Shown in pieces: positions 29,813 through 39,614 of a DNA stretch of 64,000 nt; the stretch's first letter is position 1; the number at the start of each line of letters is the position of its first letter. Origin of the DNA: an uncultured Pseudomonadota bacterium (lineage in GTDB: Bacteria; Pseudomonadota; Alphaproteobacteria; RF32; CAG-239); the NCBI GenBank assembly GCA_949289935.1, contig CASEQD010000003.1, positions 8,816 to 72,815 on the forward strand, written 5' to 3'. The translations under genes and the position numbers were made by a program. The notes beneath the pieces are model-generated. The model searched no databases and was not told the DNA's origin. It was given only the letters and a program-made list of their open reading frames with translations.

Positions 29813-30592
29813 TTAAATCTCCACTTTTATCGGTCCCTGAGAACTGCCGTTGATGAACTGGCGGACATATTCGTTTTCGGTTTTATCCAGCTCTTTGACC
29901 GTTCCCTGCCAGATGATTTTTCCCTGATATAACATGGCAATTCTATCGGCTATTTTACGCGCCGATGCCATATCGTGCGTGATTGTCAGCGCCGTTGCCC
30001 CCAACCCCTTGACAGATTCGATAATCAAATCATTAATAACATCGGCCATAATCGGATCAAGCCCGGTTGTCGGCTCGTCAAAAAAGATTATTTCAGGTTT
30101 GGTTGCTATTGCCCGCGCCAGACTTACCCTTTTTTGCATGCCGCCGGAAAGTTCGCTCGGGTATAAATCCGCAACATCCGGCGCCAAACCAACCTGGCGT
30201 AAAACCCGGACGGCTTCGGTGCGGGCTTCTTTTCGGGGCATTTTCTGATTTTCAATCAGGCCGAAAGCAACATTTTCCCAAACCCGAAGACTGTCAAACA
30301 AAGCACCGCCCTGGAAAAGCATTCCCATTTTGGAATGGAGGCGGTTTTGTTCGCGCTCGTTGACACCGACCGTTTCTTCTCCGTCGATTTGTATAGATCC
30401 GCCATCCGGCTGCAACAATCCCTGAATGCATTTGATTAAAACGGATTTTCCCGTTCCCGAACCGCCGATAACAACCAGAGATTCGCCTTTTTCAACATCC
30501 AAATCAACGCCGTTTAAGACAACCTTTTTGCCAAAAGCTTTGCGAAGGCCGGTAATTTTTATTTTTGTTTCGCTCATCTTAACCTTCTCCAA
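29813..30592 (-). CDS. mlaF: Mla-type ABC transporter ATP-binding protein
   Basis: GGSGTGKS, LSGGMQKRVSLAR, IIFFDEPTTGLD. Confidence 0.88.
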   Translation of the reverse strand: MEKVKMSETKIKITGLRKAFGKKVVLNGVDLDVEKGESLVVIGGSGTGKSVLIKCIQGLLQPDGGSIQIDGEETVGVNEREQNRLHSKMGMLFQGGALFDSLRVWENVAFGLIENQKMPRKEARTEAVRVLRQVGLAPDVADLYPSELSGGMQKRVSLARAIATKPEIIFFDEPTTGLDPIMADVINDLIIESVKGLGATALTITHDMASARKIADRIAMLYQGKIIWQGTVKELDKTENEYVRQFINGSSQGPIKVEI

Positions 30593-31381
30593 TCAGTTTG
30601 CAAAAAACAGTTCGGTGATAATATAATTGAATATTAAAATCAGAATGGAAGCCGATACAACGGCATTAGTCGTTGCCTCGCCCACGCCCTGAGCTCCGCC
30701 GCGGGAACGGTAGCCGTTGTAGCATCCCATTAATGTGATGATAAAACCAAAAACCGCCGCTTTTACCAGACCGGACACAATATCCAACGTTTCCATGTTT
30801 TGCAGGGTCGAATTAATGTAGTTAGCCGGGTTAAAGCCCAGTTTATAGACGCCGATGACATAACCGCCGAAAATGCCGATAACATCGCCGATAAAAACCA
30901 ACAGCGGCAAAACAATTATTCCGGCAATAATGCGCGGGGCAACCAGATATTTAAACGGATTTGTAGATAAGGTGCGCAGCGCATCAATCTGTTCCGTTAC
31001 GCGCATGGTTCCGATTTCGGCAGCCATGGCCGCCCCTATGCGTCCGGCAACCATTAATCCGGATAAAACGGGCGCCAGCTCCCGCGTTACGGAAATCAGA
31101 ACAACAGAAGCAACCGCGCTTTCAGCGCCAAAACGGGCAAACCCCGTATAACTCTGCAAAGCAATAACCATACCGGCAAAAACCGTTGTTAAACCAACAA
31201 CCGGCAAAGAATAAAAACCAATATCCAAAAACTGGCGTCCCAGCAATTTAAAATAAAAAGGCGGGGTGATGCAGTGATACAGCGACTGGCCGATAAACAT
31301 TGTCAAATTTCCCAGACGCATAAAAAAGACAACAAGCGGTTTACCCAATGCCTGCAAAAAACTCTGAATCTTGTTTTCCAT
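30593..31381 (-). CDS. mlaE: Mla-type ABC transporter permease (MlaE/YrbE family)
   Basis: 262 aa, 5-6 TM, MlaE-like conserved region (…GAESAVA…RELAPV…). Confidence 0.85.
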   Translation of the reverse strand: MENKIQSFLQALGKPLVVFFMRLGNLTMFIGQSLYHCITPPFYFKLLGRQFLDIGFYSLPVVGLTTVFAGMVIALQSYTGFARFGAESAVASVVLISVTRELAPVLSGLMVAGRIGAAMAAEIGTMRVTEQIDALRTLSTNPFKYLVAPRIIAGIIVLPLLVFIGDVIGIFGGYVIGVYKLGFNPANYINSTLQNMETLDIVSGLVKAAVFGFIITLMGCYNGYRSRGGAQGVGEATTNAVVSASILILIFNYIITELFFAN

Positions 31382-31438
31382 TGAAATTTTCCCTTTTTTC
31401 AGGTGGATTTTTTATTGATATTACGGCAACGGCAGAAA

Positions 31439-31861
31439 TTAATCAATAAGACTCTCTAACTTTATAACAAGCTTATCCGGGGCAGAATTTTCAAACGGAT
31501 ATAATTTTAACAACGGGATTTTTATACCGCAGACATCATAAAAACAATCTTTCGGCAGGCGCTCTATGTCTTGAAAACTTTTAGCCAGTTCCACCGCCAT
31601 TTTTACTTCGCAAAAATCTAAAGAATGAACTTTTTGTACGCCGACGCCGCGCACTTCAAGCCGGCCTTTTATCGCTGCGGGACATGAGGCTATTATGCGC
31701 TTTTCCCTAATATCTATATTGGTACGGTCATCCGCAACGAGAACCGCGTTTTTGTGAGCAATGCAACGCAAGGCCAAATCGGACTTTCCGGAACCGGGAG
31801 CTCCGAAAATCAAAACCCCCTGCCCGTTAAAAGCAATACATGTTGTATGGATATTCATCAT
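31439..31861 (-). CDS. hprK: HPr kinase/phosphorylase, short alphaproteobacterial form (C-terminal domain only)
   Basis: P-loop GAPGSGKSDLAL and downstream LVADD. Confidence 0.75.
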   Translation of the reverse strand: MMNIHTTCIAFNGQGVLIFGAPGSGKSDLALRCIAHKNAVLVADDRTNIDIREKRIIASCPAAIKGRLEVRGVGVQKVHSLDFCEVKMAVELAKSFQDIERLPKDCFYDVCGIKIPLLKLYPFENSAPDKLVIKLESLID

Positions 31862-32322
31862 TGTCCGAAATATTCCCTTAAACGGCGGTTGTTTTCTTCA
31901 TTTTCTGAAAAAATTTCTATTCTGCGGCTTGAAGCATCCGGAAATATTTCCACCCGAAAACATTTTTTTGGCAGATACAAGCCCATTTTTTCCGGCCATT
32001 CTATCAGGCTTACCCCTTCATAAAGAGCTTCTTCCATTCCCAATTCAAAAATTTCATCCGGCATCTTGAGCCTATACAAATCAAAATGATAAATTGTAAA
32101 ATTGTCCGTATCATATAATTGTACCAGGGTAAATGTCGGACTCGGCACTTCTTCCCGGCCGGCAAGCTCCTGAATGAAGCCCCGCGCCAAAACGCTTTTT
32201 CCCATACCCAATGTTCCGAAAAGCGCAAAACAATCTCCTCTTCCGGCAAAATGTGCCAGTTTCTTACCGATATCAGTTGTTTTATCTTCCGAAGCAGAAT
32301 AAAAAATTATCTTATCAGACAT
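31858..32322 (-). CDS. tsaE: tRNA threonylcarbamoyladenosine biosynthesis protein TsaE (the ORF track extends to 32460; probable start MSDKII)
   Basis: GTLGMGKSVLARG P-loop and SPTFTLVQ motif. Confidence 0.85.
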   Translation of the reverse strand: MSDKIIFYSASEDKTTDIGKKLAHFAGRGDCFALFGTLGMGKSVLARGFIQELAGREEVPSPTFTLVQLYDTDNFTIYHFDLYRLKMPDEIFELGMEEALYEGVSLIEWPEKMGLYLPKKCFRVEIFPDASSRRIEIFSENEENNRRLREYFGQ

Positions 32323-33274
32323 CCAACAACCTCTTTTTGCGGGTTTTTTGTTTGATGATTTTAATTTTTGGCTTTTGCGCCTGCAATACTCTCCAATCCC
32401 AAGGCATATAAAATTCTCCCTGCCACAATCCGTTCCGGTTTGTCCGGGCATTTTCTTCATAAGGATAATAAATATCCGTATATTTCAGGTAAGCAACAGC
32501 CCAACCGGCATTAACAATCGCCGCTCCCAGATCGTATTGTCCCAAAGAACAGGTTCCGACCATGTTGCCGTTGTCATCCTGCTGCATTACCCGGCATTCG
32601 AGCACATTATCCTGAAGCCAGCTGCGTAGCCAGTTTCCAGCTTCTTCACCACAGCGGTATGCCCGGCCGTGCGCTCCGGCGCAAGTTTGATTGGTTTCAG
32701 GCGCATCTATGCCATATAAACGAAAATAAGCTCCGTTGATTTTTAAAGTGTCGCCATTAATAACTTTTGCGCTGCCATAAATTGCAGGAAAATCTTCCGG
32801 ATTGAAAATTTCTTCGTTTTCCTTACCCATCAGGGAATCGACAAATTGTTGAACGGTTCCCGGTTCGGAGACAGATTGTTCCGCATTGTCGGAAATGTCT
32901 GAAAAATTTTCAGAAGGCAACGCAGCCGGATTTTCCGCCAATTGTAATTTTCCGGAAACTTCCGTTCCGGATGTTTGCGCGCCTTGTCCCATAAAAGTGC
33001 GGATGTTGCGTCCGATGTTGGTAAAACCGTTGTTAAAACCGCCAATAGCGTAAATAATGAAACAAACTATTCCGCTGAAAATAAGAAACGACGGAAGACA
33101 TCCCATTGCCCGCCAAGCCATTTTGGTAAAAATATATAAAATTACCAAACCGATGATAAGGCCTATAAAACCACCACCCTGAAGCAAAAGGCTGTTGCTC
33201 TGGGTTCCGGCTCCGCCCCAAAGGATAAAAACAAAAGCGGCTATACCCAACAATACTTTTTTCAAAAAAAACAT
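32315..33274 (-). CDS. Membrane-anchored thermonuclease (SNase-like) family protein
   Basis: N-terminal TM helices; C-terminal staphylococcal-nuclease fold motifs YGIDAPE and GLWQG. Confidence 0.7.
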   Translation of the reverse strand: MFFLKKVLLGIAAFVFILWGGAGTQSNSLLLQGGGFIGLIIGLVILYIFTKMAWRAMGCLPSFLIFSGIVCFIIYAIGGFNNGFTNIGRNIRTFMGQGAQTSGTEVSGKLQLAENPAALPSENFSDISDNAEQSVSEPGTVQQFVDSLMGKENEEIFNPEDFPAIYGSAKVINGDTLKINGAYFRLYGIDAPETNQTCAGAHGRAYRCGEEAGNWLRSWLQDNVLECRVMQQDDNGNMVGTCSLGQYDLGAAIVNAGWAVAYLKYTDIYYPYEENARTNRNGLWQGEFYMPWDWRVLQAQKPKIKIIKQKTRKKRLLDV

Positions 33275-33336
33275 AAAAGTTCCTTTATCTGGTTCTTTCC
33301 CTGCAATATATAAAATTATGGTAAAAATAAAGTTAC

Positions 33337-33933
33337 TTATTTTTCCATATATTTTTTATAACCGCTAACCCGTTCCCATTCTATGCCGTCGCATTGAAAA
33401 TATTTTTGTTCTCTTTCAAGCCGGTCATATTCTTTTATATTTCTCCATCCGATTATTTTTGCCGGATTTCCTCCGATGACAGCACATTTCGGAACAGATT
33501 TCGTTACAACTGAACCTGCAGCCACAACAGCTCCTTCCTCAATCTTAACGCCCGCTAAAATCAGGCTGTTTGAGCCGATCCAGACGTTTTTTTCCAGATA
33601 TACTTCCTGAAGAAAACCTTTTTTATCAAAAGGAAGCGCCGAAGCCTGTTTAAAATTATGGGCCGTGGTAAGAATTGTTACGTTTGCGGCAAGCGTGGCA
33701 TTATCTTCCAGAACAAGCCCGCCTTCCGCATAAATGTTGACATTTTTGCCTATATAAACATTTTTGCCCATTTTTATATTTTCAGGATTATGCAGATTTG
33801 CTTCGCGGCTGACATGGCTTTCCGGATATTCCGGGCAAAACAAAAAATAATGACGGTTTTTCAATCGCAGTTTTTTGCGAATTTTTTTCAGCGGAATCAA
33901 ATTAATCAGAAATTTTTTTAATCTTACAGGCAT
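33337..33933 (-). CDS. Hexapeptide-repeat (LbH) sugar O-acetyltransferase
   Basis: Left-handed beta-helix repeats (IGKNVNIY..., IGSNSLILAGVKIEEGAVVAAGSVV). N-terminal basic LIPLKKIRKKLR motif. Confidence 0.75.
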   Translation of the reverse strand: MPVRLKKFLINLIPLKKIRKKLRLKNRHYFLFCPEYPESHVSREANLHNPENIKMGKNVYIGKNVNIYAEGGLVLEDNATLAANVTILTTAHNFKQASALPFDKKGFLQEVYLEKNVWIGSNSLILAGVKIEEGAVVAAGSVVTKSVPKCAVIGGNPAKIIGWRNIKEYDRLEREQKYFQCDGIEWERVSGYKKYMEK

Positions 33934-33942
33934 TTTTATTCC

Positions 33943-34908
33943 TCAAAAATTTCCCCGCAGAATATTGCGGAATTTCTTTCTGTATGCCTTAACCGGCGTT
34001 ATCCGGCTAAGCAGGTACCATAACGGATTAAACAGGCTTAAAAAGATTTTTTTCTTTCTTGATTTTTGATATTCGAAAAAATAAGGCGACTGCCGGATAT
34101 AGTCGTAATAATCCGGAGCCGGCTTGATTTTTTTCCACATTTTTACAATAGCGCCGGCATAGTGGACGATTACCGGACTTTCTATGGCCGCATCAATTTC
34201 AGCATCAGAATAAACATTGCGCAAAAATTTGTATTCTGCCGTTGCCTGATATTTTCCATAATAAACATTTTCCAAAACACAATATTCAAATCCCAGCGGC
34301 TTAATTTTATCACAGGACAAATTCATAACTTCAAGATCAAACATTTTCAGGCGGTTTTTATGCTTATGCATATTGGCAAAAAATTTATTGACAATATTAT
34401 CTTCCCGACATTTTTTATTGTTAAAAACAATCAACCCCGAAAAGAAAATGAAATCGCCGGTATATTCTTCATAATGCTGGTGAATGCCGTTTAATTCGTC
34501 CGTTCGTTCCGCCGCAACGGCACCTATTTGATAATTGGAATAATCCTGATTGAATAAATGGCTTAAATCGCCTTTAAACATGACATCAACATCAGAATAA
34601 ACGACTTTGTCATATTGAGAAAGCACTTCCGGAATAATCAGCCGGTAATAAACCTCATACGGCCAAGCTGGAGATTTCGGCGCCTGATTAAACCTGTTGT
34701 TGTCGATTTTGATAAAAGTTATTTTTGCCCGGTCGGTTTGCAAATCTGCAAACAGTTTTTGATTTTCTTCACTCAGCCGTGAATATAAAATAAAGATATG
34801 ATAAAAAGTTACACGTTCCGCACAGGCTATCAACGACTTTACGGCAATCCACGCCGGAAGTCTGAAATTATCATCAAAGCAAAAAACAACGGGGATTTCG
34901 TTTTTCAT
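33943..34908 (-). CDS. Glycosyltransferase family 8 (LPS/LOS alpha-1,3-hexosyltransferase-like)
   Basis: IPVVFCFDDNF N-terminus and DxD VYSDVDVMF, as in RfaJ/Lgt-type GT8 enzymes. C-terminal basic tail ITPVKAYRKKFR. Confidence 0.8.
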   Translation of the reverse strand: MKNEIPVVFCFDDNFRLPAWIAVKSLIACAERVTFYHIFILYSRLSEENQKLFADLQTDRAKITFIKIDNNRFNQAPKSPAWPYEVYYRLIIPEVLSQYDKVVYSDVDVMFKGDLSHLFNQDYSNYQIGAVAAERTDELNGIHQHYEEYTGDFIFFSGLIVFNNKKCREDNIVNKFFANMHKHKNRLKMFDLEVMNLSCDKIKPLGFEYCVLENVYYGKYQATAEYKFLRNVYSDAEIDAAIESPVIVHYAGAIVKMWKKIKPAPDYYDYIRQSPYFFEYQKSRKKKIFLSLFNPLWYLLSRITPVKAYRKKFRNILRGNF

Positions 34909-36122
34909 TATTTTTTCCTTTGTATTGCATCAATGGTCTGCCGCAAATTTTTTTCGGATTTTGTTGCGACGGAAACAGCATGCCGCTCCAAAGCCCGGCA
35001 AACGGAAGCATATTCCTTTTCTTTCATATTAATGGCTTTTTTCATGGCTTCATATAATTCATCTCCTTGATAAAGAACAGCATCTTTTGCAGAAAACCCA
35101 TAAACATCGGCAAAAGTTTGTTCTATCAGCATTGGTTTGTTCAACCCCAAAGACAGCTGTTTTGAACCGGTGGTTGTGCCGTTTTTATAGCTTTTTTGCT
35201 GCGGACTGTCCGGATCAAGCAAGGCCAAAAGAAAATCGCTTTTCATGCAGTTATGGTACATATCGTTAAAATTCAGACGTCCCAGCTTTTTTATGTGCCT
35301 TTTTAAGGCTTCGGGGACAGCCATTCCACCGGAACCAATGACCAGAACTTTAAAGTTTTTGATATTTTCATTTATTAACTTTTCAACCGCCGCCAACAAT
35401 TGAGAACAATTTCTGGTGTTGGGGGACAAACGTCCGATCATAACAAAACAGGTTTTGGCATTTTTTTTATGCACCGGAATTTTTCCGAAATATATCGGAC
35501 AGAGAAGCTTTGCTTTGTCTTTTGCCAAAGGAAAATCATTCAGAACAAAAAGGCGTTTTCCCAAATATTTTTCGTTTTCATCATAAGGTTCGATATTTTG
35601 GCAATTGTGATAAACGCACAGAGCCCCAAAACGACTTTGAGGTTCGCTTCCCAAGTAGTCAAAATAACGCTCTTTGGTTTCCTGATAATCAAACGAAGAG
35701 ACAAAAACAAAGTCATAATTTTTGATGATTTTGTTTTTCAGAATTTGGGAAACCCTCCATTTTTGCAAGGGATAGACTGCCGGAAGTTCGTTTTTCTTAA
35801 ATAAAGCAAACGGATTTTCTTCATAATTGGAAATCCGCAGAACAACATCAACATTATATCCCAAATTCTGCCAGTATTTTACAAAACCGGGAACAATTTC
35901 TCCGTGATAATTATTTGGTTCAACGAGCAAAACTGTTTTTGGTTTAACGGCATGATTTAGAAAATCTGTATAAAAATGGTTATATTTTTGATAATTGCAC
36001 AGAATTTTTTCCGCATTAAATTCCTTAAGAGAAGCTATGGCTTTTTTTCTGTATTTTTTGACAGGAATCCAGCAGCAAAGCATTTGAGCCAGTTGTTTCT
36101 TCATGTGAAACCTCATTGTCAA
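34908..36122 (-). CDS. Putative GT-B-like glycosyl/phosphotransferase, uncharacterised family
   Basis: 404 aa with two Rossmann-like halves (…VLLVEP…, …FVMIGRL…VLVIGSGG…). N-terminal LCCWIPVKKYRKK motif. Stop/start overlap with the GT8 gene. Confidence 0.45.
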   Translation of the reverse strand: MTMRFHMKKQLAQMLCCWIPVKKYRKKAIASLKEFNAEKILCNYQKYNHFYTDFLNHAVKPKTVLLVEPNNYHGEIVPGFVKYWQNLGYNVDVVLRISNYEENPFALFKKNELPAVYPLQKWRVSQILKNKIIKNYDFVFVSSFDYQETKERYFDYLGSEPQSRFGALCVYHNCQNIEPYDENEKYLGKRLFVLNDFPLAKDKAKLLCPIYFGKIPVHKKNAKTCFVMIGRLSPNTRNCSQLLAAVEKLINENIKNFKVLVIGSGGMAVPEALKRHIKKLGRLNFNDMYHNCMKSDFLLALLDPDSPQQKSYKNGTTTGSKQLSLGLNKPMLIEQTFADVYGFSAKDAVLYQGDELYEAMKKAINMKEKEYASVCRALERHAVSVATKSEKNLRQTIDAIQRKK

Positions 36123-36226
36123 TTAAGAATAATATTCTTTTTAGCAAAGTTTGCGCCTGAGGTCAATCAATTATCTTTATTTGTTTTGTTTCAAAAAAAA
36201 TACCGGAGATTTTTCTCCGGTATTTT

Positions 36227-37216
36227 TCAGTCGACAATTTTCATGGTAAATTTTTCTTCCGGTTCCGGAACAGAATCAGAAACAGGTGAGGATGAAACCA
36301 TATTTCCGACATTTTTCCGATTTTGTTCCAACAAATCTATGATTTTATCCAGTTCGGCTATTGAAGAATATTCCAAAACAACTTTTCCATTTCCCTGTTT
36401 TCCCTGACTGATTTTTATTTTCAATCCCAGAGATTTGTTCAGAGATTTTTCGATATCCATCAAATCCTGATTAACTTCTTTTTTGTTTTTCTCCCGGGGA
36501 GCGGCGTTTTTGAGTTTGTTAACCAACTCTTCAACCTGACGGACGTTTAAGTCTTTTTTGATGATTAGTTGCGCCAGTTCTTCGGCATTTTCCAAACCGA
36601 CAAGGCTGCGGGCATGTCCGGCAGAAAGTTTTCCTTCCTTAATCAGGTTTTGTACACTTTCGGGCAAAGTTAAAAGACGCAGAGTATTGGCAATATGGCT
36701 GCGGGATTTTCCGACAATTTTGGACAAGGCTTCCTGAGTGTGGGAAAATTCATTTATCAGACGCTGCAGCCCTTCTGCTTCTTCTATGGCAGAAAGGTTT
36801 TCCCGCAACAGATTTTCGATTAAGGCAACTTCCAAAACTTCCTGATCGCTCATTTCTTTGATAATAACCGGAACTTCTTTCAGTCCTGCAATTTTTGACG
36901 CACGAAGACGCCTTTCTCCGGCAATCAGTTCATATCCGTTTTCACTGCGGCGGACAAGAAGCGGCTGTAAAACACCTTTTTCTTTTACAGAATCGGCAAG
37001 CGCCTGAAGAGCTTCTTCGTCAAACTCGGTTCTGGGCTGGAAAGGACTGGCTTTAATTGAAGAAATATCAACATAATTTGCCTTGTTGTCTGAAACTTTT
37101 TTTTCTTCTGCCGAAAATTCATCCAAATCAAAATCTATTTCATCATCTCCCAACAAAGCGCCCAAACCGCGCCCGAGGCTTTTTCTTTTTCCATGATTTT
37201 CATTTTCTGCCGACAT
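36227..37216 (-). CDS. parB: Chromosome partitioning protein ParB
   Basis: ParB box GERRLRA and the HTH region. Confidence 0.95.
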   Translation of the reverse strand: MSAENENHGKRKSLGRGLGALLGDDEIDFDLDEFSAEEKKVSDNKANYVDISSIKASPFQPRTEFDEEALQALADSVKEKGVLQPLLVRRSENGYELIAGERRLRASKIAGLKEVPVIIKEMSDQEVLEVALIENLLRENLSAIEEAEGLQRLINEFSHTQEALSKIVGKSRSHIANTLRLLTLPESVQNLIKEGKLSAGHARSLVGLENAEELAQLIIKKDLNVRQVEELVNKLKNAAPREKNKKEVNQDLMDIEKSLNKSLGLKIKISQGKQGNGKVVLEYSSIAELDKIIDLLEQNRKNVGNMVSSSPVSDSVPEPEEKFTMKIVD

Positions 37217-37234
37217 TGTTGTTTCCTTTCTTGT

Positions 37235-38014
37235 TTAGCAGGCGATTAATTCTTTTTCTCTTTTTAAGACTTCTCCCGTCAGACTGATGTAAGCCTGAGA
37301 ACCGGAACATTTGAAATCGTATAAAAGAACCGGTTTGCCATGCGACGGAGCTTCCGATATGCGTACGTTTCGGGGAATAACAGTCTGATAAACTTTTTTA
37401 CCGAAAAAACTTCTGACATCATCTTCAACCATTTGACTCAGGTTGTTGCGCTTGTCATACATGGTGAGCACAACTCCCTGAAGTTCCAGTCCCGGATTGA
37501 ACTTCTTTTTGATGATATTGATATTGCGAATCAGATCGGTAATTCCCTCCAAGGCCAAAAATTCACATTGCAGCGGAACAATAACGGCATTGGCGGCAAC
37601 CAAAGCATTAATTGTGACTAAACTCAGCGAGGGAGGACAATCAATTAAAATATAGTCATAATTTACAGCCCCCTTCTCTATTGCCTGTTTTAAGGCAAAC
37701 TCACGATGAGGCTGATCAACCAGCTCAACCTCGGCTCCTGCCAGATCTGCCGATGAAGGAACTATTGAGAAATTTGGAATTTCAGTCCAAACAATCGCTT
37801 CGGAAATATTTCTTTCTCCCAGCAAAACTTCATAAGATGAAGCCATCCGGCCTTTTTTATCTATTCCCATTGAAGTGGTGGCATTTCCCTGCGGGTCCAA
37901 ATCTATAACCAAAACTTTTTTACCGGCGGCGGCCATGGCTGTGGCAACATTCACCGTTGTGGTTGTTTTTCCGACCCCGCCTTTACGATTGGCTACGGCT
38001 ATAATTCTCGGCAT
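37235..38014 (-). CDS. parA: Chromosome partitioning ATPase ParA
   Basis: Deviant Walker A KGGVGKTTT. Confidence 0.95.
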   Translation of the reverse strand: MPRIIAVANRKGGVGKTTTTVNVATAMAAAGKKVLVIDLDPQGNATTSMGIDKKGRMASSYEVLLGERNISEAIVWTEIPNFSIVPSSADLAGAEVELVDQPHREFALKQAIEKGAVNYDYILIDCPPSLSLVTINALVAANAVIVPLQCEFLALEGITDLIRNINIIKKKFNPGLELQGVVLTMYDKRNNLSQMVEDDVRSFFGKKVYQTVIPRNVRISEAPSHGKPVLLYDFKCSGSQAYISLTGEVLKREKELIAC

Positions 38015-38016
38015 AA

Positions 38017-38667
38017 TTATCTCCTTTTTTCAGACAAGTTCGTTATAACAATTATCATTCCTTCATCGCTGGAAAGACTTCTAACCAGACGATAATCAAA
38101 ATTCCAGAATTTTTCTGCTTCGGAAATTTCTTCGGCATATTTTTTTCCTTTGGGAAAAATACATTTTGTTTCCGGCCGGCAAAAACGAAAAGAATATTTT
38201 AGCAGCTCATTTAACCGGCACAACGCCCGGGATGTTATGACGTCGGCTTTTTCGGTTTTGACGTTTTCAATTCGATCATTAATAATTTTAATATTATTTA
38301 GCCCGCATTTTTCAGAAACAAAGTTTAAATACAGCGTTTTCTTTTTTATGCTTTCTATCAGATTAATTTTTAAATACGGTGTTTTTTCTTGCAACACAAC
38401 AGCCAGAACCATCCCTGGAAAACCGGCTCCAGAACCAAAATCATACATAACTTTCGCATCTTTTGGAACAAGCGGTAGAAGCTGTAAAGAATCCAAAAAA
38501 TGACGATTCCATGCATCCGGCAAAGAAGCTTTACTAACTAAGTTAAATTTTTTCTGCCACTCATTTAAGCTTGCTTCATAAAGCTTCAGTTTAGAAAGTG
38601 TTTCACGTGAAACATTGTATTTTTCAATTAAATTTTCCATAAAAATATTTATATAAACTTTCAACAA
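38017..38667 (-). CDS. rsmG: 16S rRNA m7G527 methyltransferase RsmG (GidB); probable start 38637
   Basis: SAM motif DFGSGAGFPG. Confidence 0.92.
   Translation of the reverse strand: MLKVYINIFMENLIEKYNVSRETLSKLKLYEASLNEWQKKFNLVSKASLPDAWNRHFLDSLQLLPLVPKDAKVMYDFGSGAGFPGMVLAVVLQEKTPYLKINLIESIKKKTLYLNFVSEKCGLNNIKIINDRIENVKTEKADVITSRALCRLNELLKYSFRFCRPETKCIFPKGKKYAEEISEAEKFWNFDYRLVRSLSSDEGMIIVITNLSEKRR
38369..38383 (+). repeat. Motif copy variant TTTAAATACGGTGTT inside rsmG
   Basis: 14/15 match. Confidence 0.8.
38599..38614. promoter_or_regulatory. parS centromere site (perfect palindrome TGTTTCACGTGAAACA) inside rsmG
   Basis: Exact match to the universal ParB binding consensus. Confidence 0.85.
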
Positions 38668-38768
38668 AGTTTAAAACACATTTAATCAAGTTATAAACAC
38701 AAAAAGGAAAGCATATTTAAAATAATTTTAAATTCAACAACTTAAACGATGTTTACTTATTTATAACT

Positions 38769-39590
38769 TTAAAACTTTAGTCGATTTACATAGTTAATTT
38801 CTGAAAGAAAAACCTCGGCTTTATCAAAATTTTCTCCCAATTGAGCAACAGAATGCGCATCATCGCTGATAACGACAGGAACCTTGCGTTTGTTTAGCTC
38901 TTCAACAATCCAATTCTCTGGAAAAAAATGATTTGTTTTCCGAAGCCCTTTTGTGCTTAATTCGAATCCTGTGCGACTTTCGGCCAAAGCTTCTATTACA
39001 GACCATTTGGCAGCATCCCATTCTGATGTCTGGCAAAAACCTTTTGATGTTATCTGATCTATATGCGCCATAAAAGAAAACCATCCGTTCTTAATGGCGG
39101 CAACAAGATTTTTCCAATGATTTTCAAGGCCTTTTTTGATAATTTCATCATCTAACAAGTCCGGACGTCGTTTCAAATAGGAAATTTTTAATATCTTACT
39201 AAAATTATTATTGTAAATAAAGTGGCTGGCTCCGATATAATAATCAACATCCAAAGATTTTCGCATTCTATCAAAAAAATCCAGCCATTCTTTGTTATCA
39301 AAATAATCGACCTCGAATCCGACATAAACTTTTATTTTATGCCTTAGAGCCGTTTTGCGAATTTCATCAATGACTTGTTTATAAATTTGTTCGGCCTGAG
39401 CATAATTACGAAAATACATTGACTGCATTTTATCTATTTCGCAAATTCCCGGATTACAAATTAAATGATTGGAAATTCCGATTTCTTGAAAGCCCAGTTC
39501 TTCAGCACGGGAAATCATTTCATCGGCAGTATTTATTCCGTCAAAAATTCCCAAACTATTGGTATGCGTATGGTAAGAAAAAAGCTGCAT
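38769..39590 (-). CDS. PHP-family phosphoesterase (HisJ-type histidinol-phosphatase-like)
   Basis: N-terminal HTHT motif (SYHTHTN), further His/Asp metal ligands, 273 aa. Confidence 0.7.
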   Translation of the reverse strand: MQLFSYHTHTNSLGIFDGINTADEMISRAEELGFQEIGISNHLICNPGICEIDKMQSMYFRNYAQAEQIYKQVIDEIRKTALRHKIKVYVGFEVDYFDNKEWLDFFDRMRKSLDVDYYIGASHFIYNNNFSKILKISYLKRRPDLLDDEIIKKGLENHWKNLVAAIKNGWFSFMAHIDQITSKGFCQTSEWDAAKWSVIEALAESRTGFELSTKGLRKTNHFFPENWIVEELNKRKVPVVISDDAHSVAQLGENFDKAEVFLSEINYVNRLKF

Positions 39591-39614
39591 ATTTCCTCCT
39601 TGCGGAGAAAAATA

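Noticed and set aside
38641-38700. AGTTTAAAACACATTTAATC upstream of rsmG as an additional motif copy
   Set aside because: Only about 9/15 identity to the repeat consensus; treated as background AT-rich promoter sequence.
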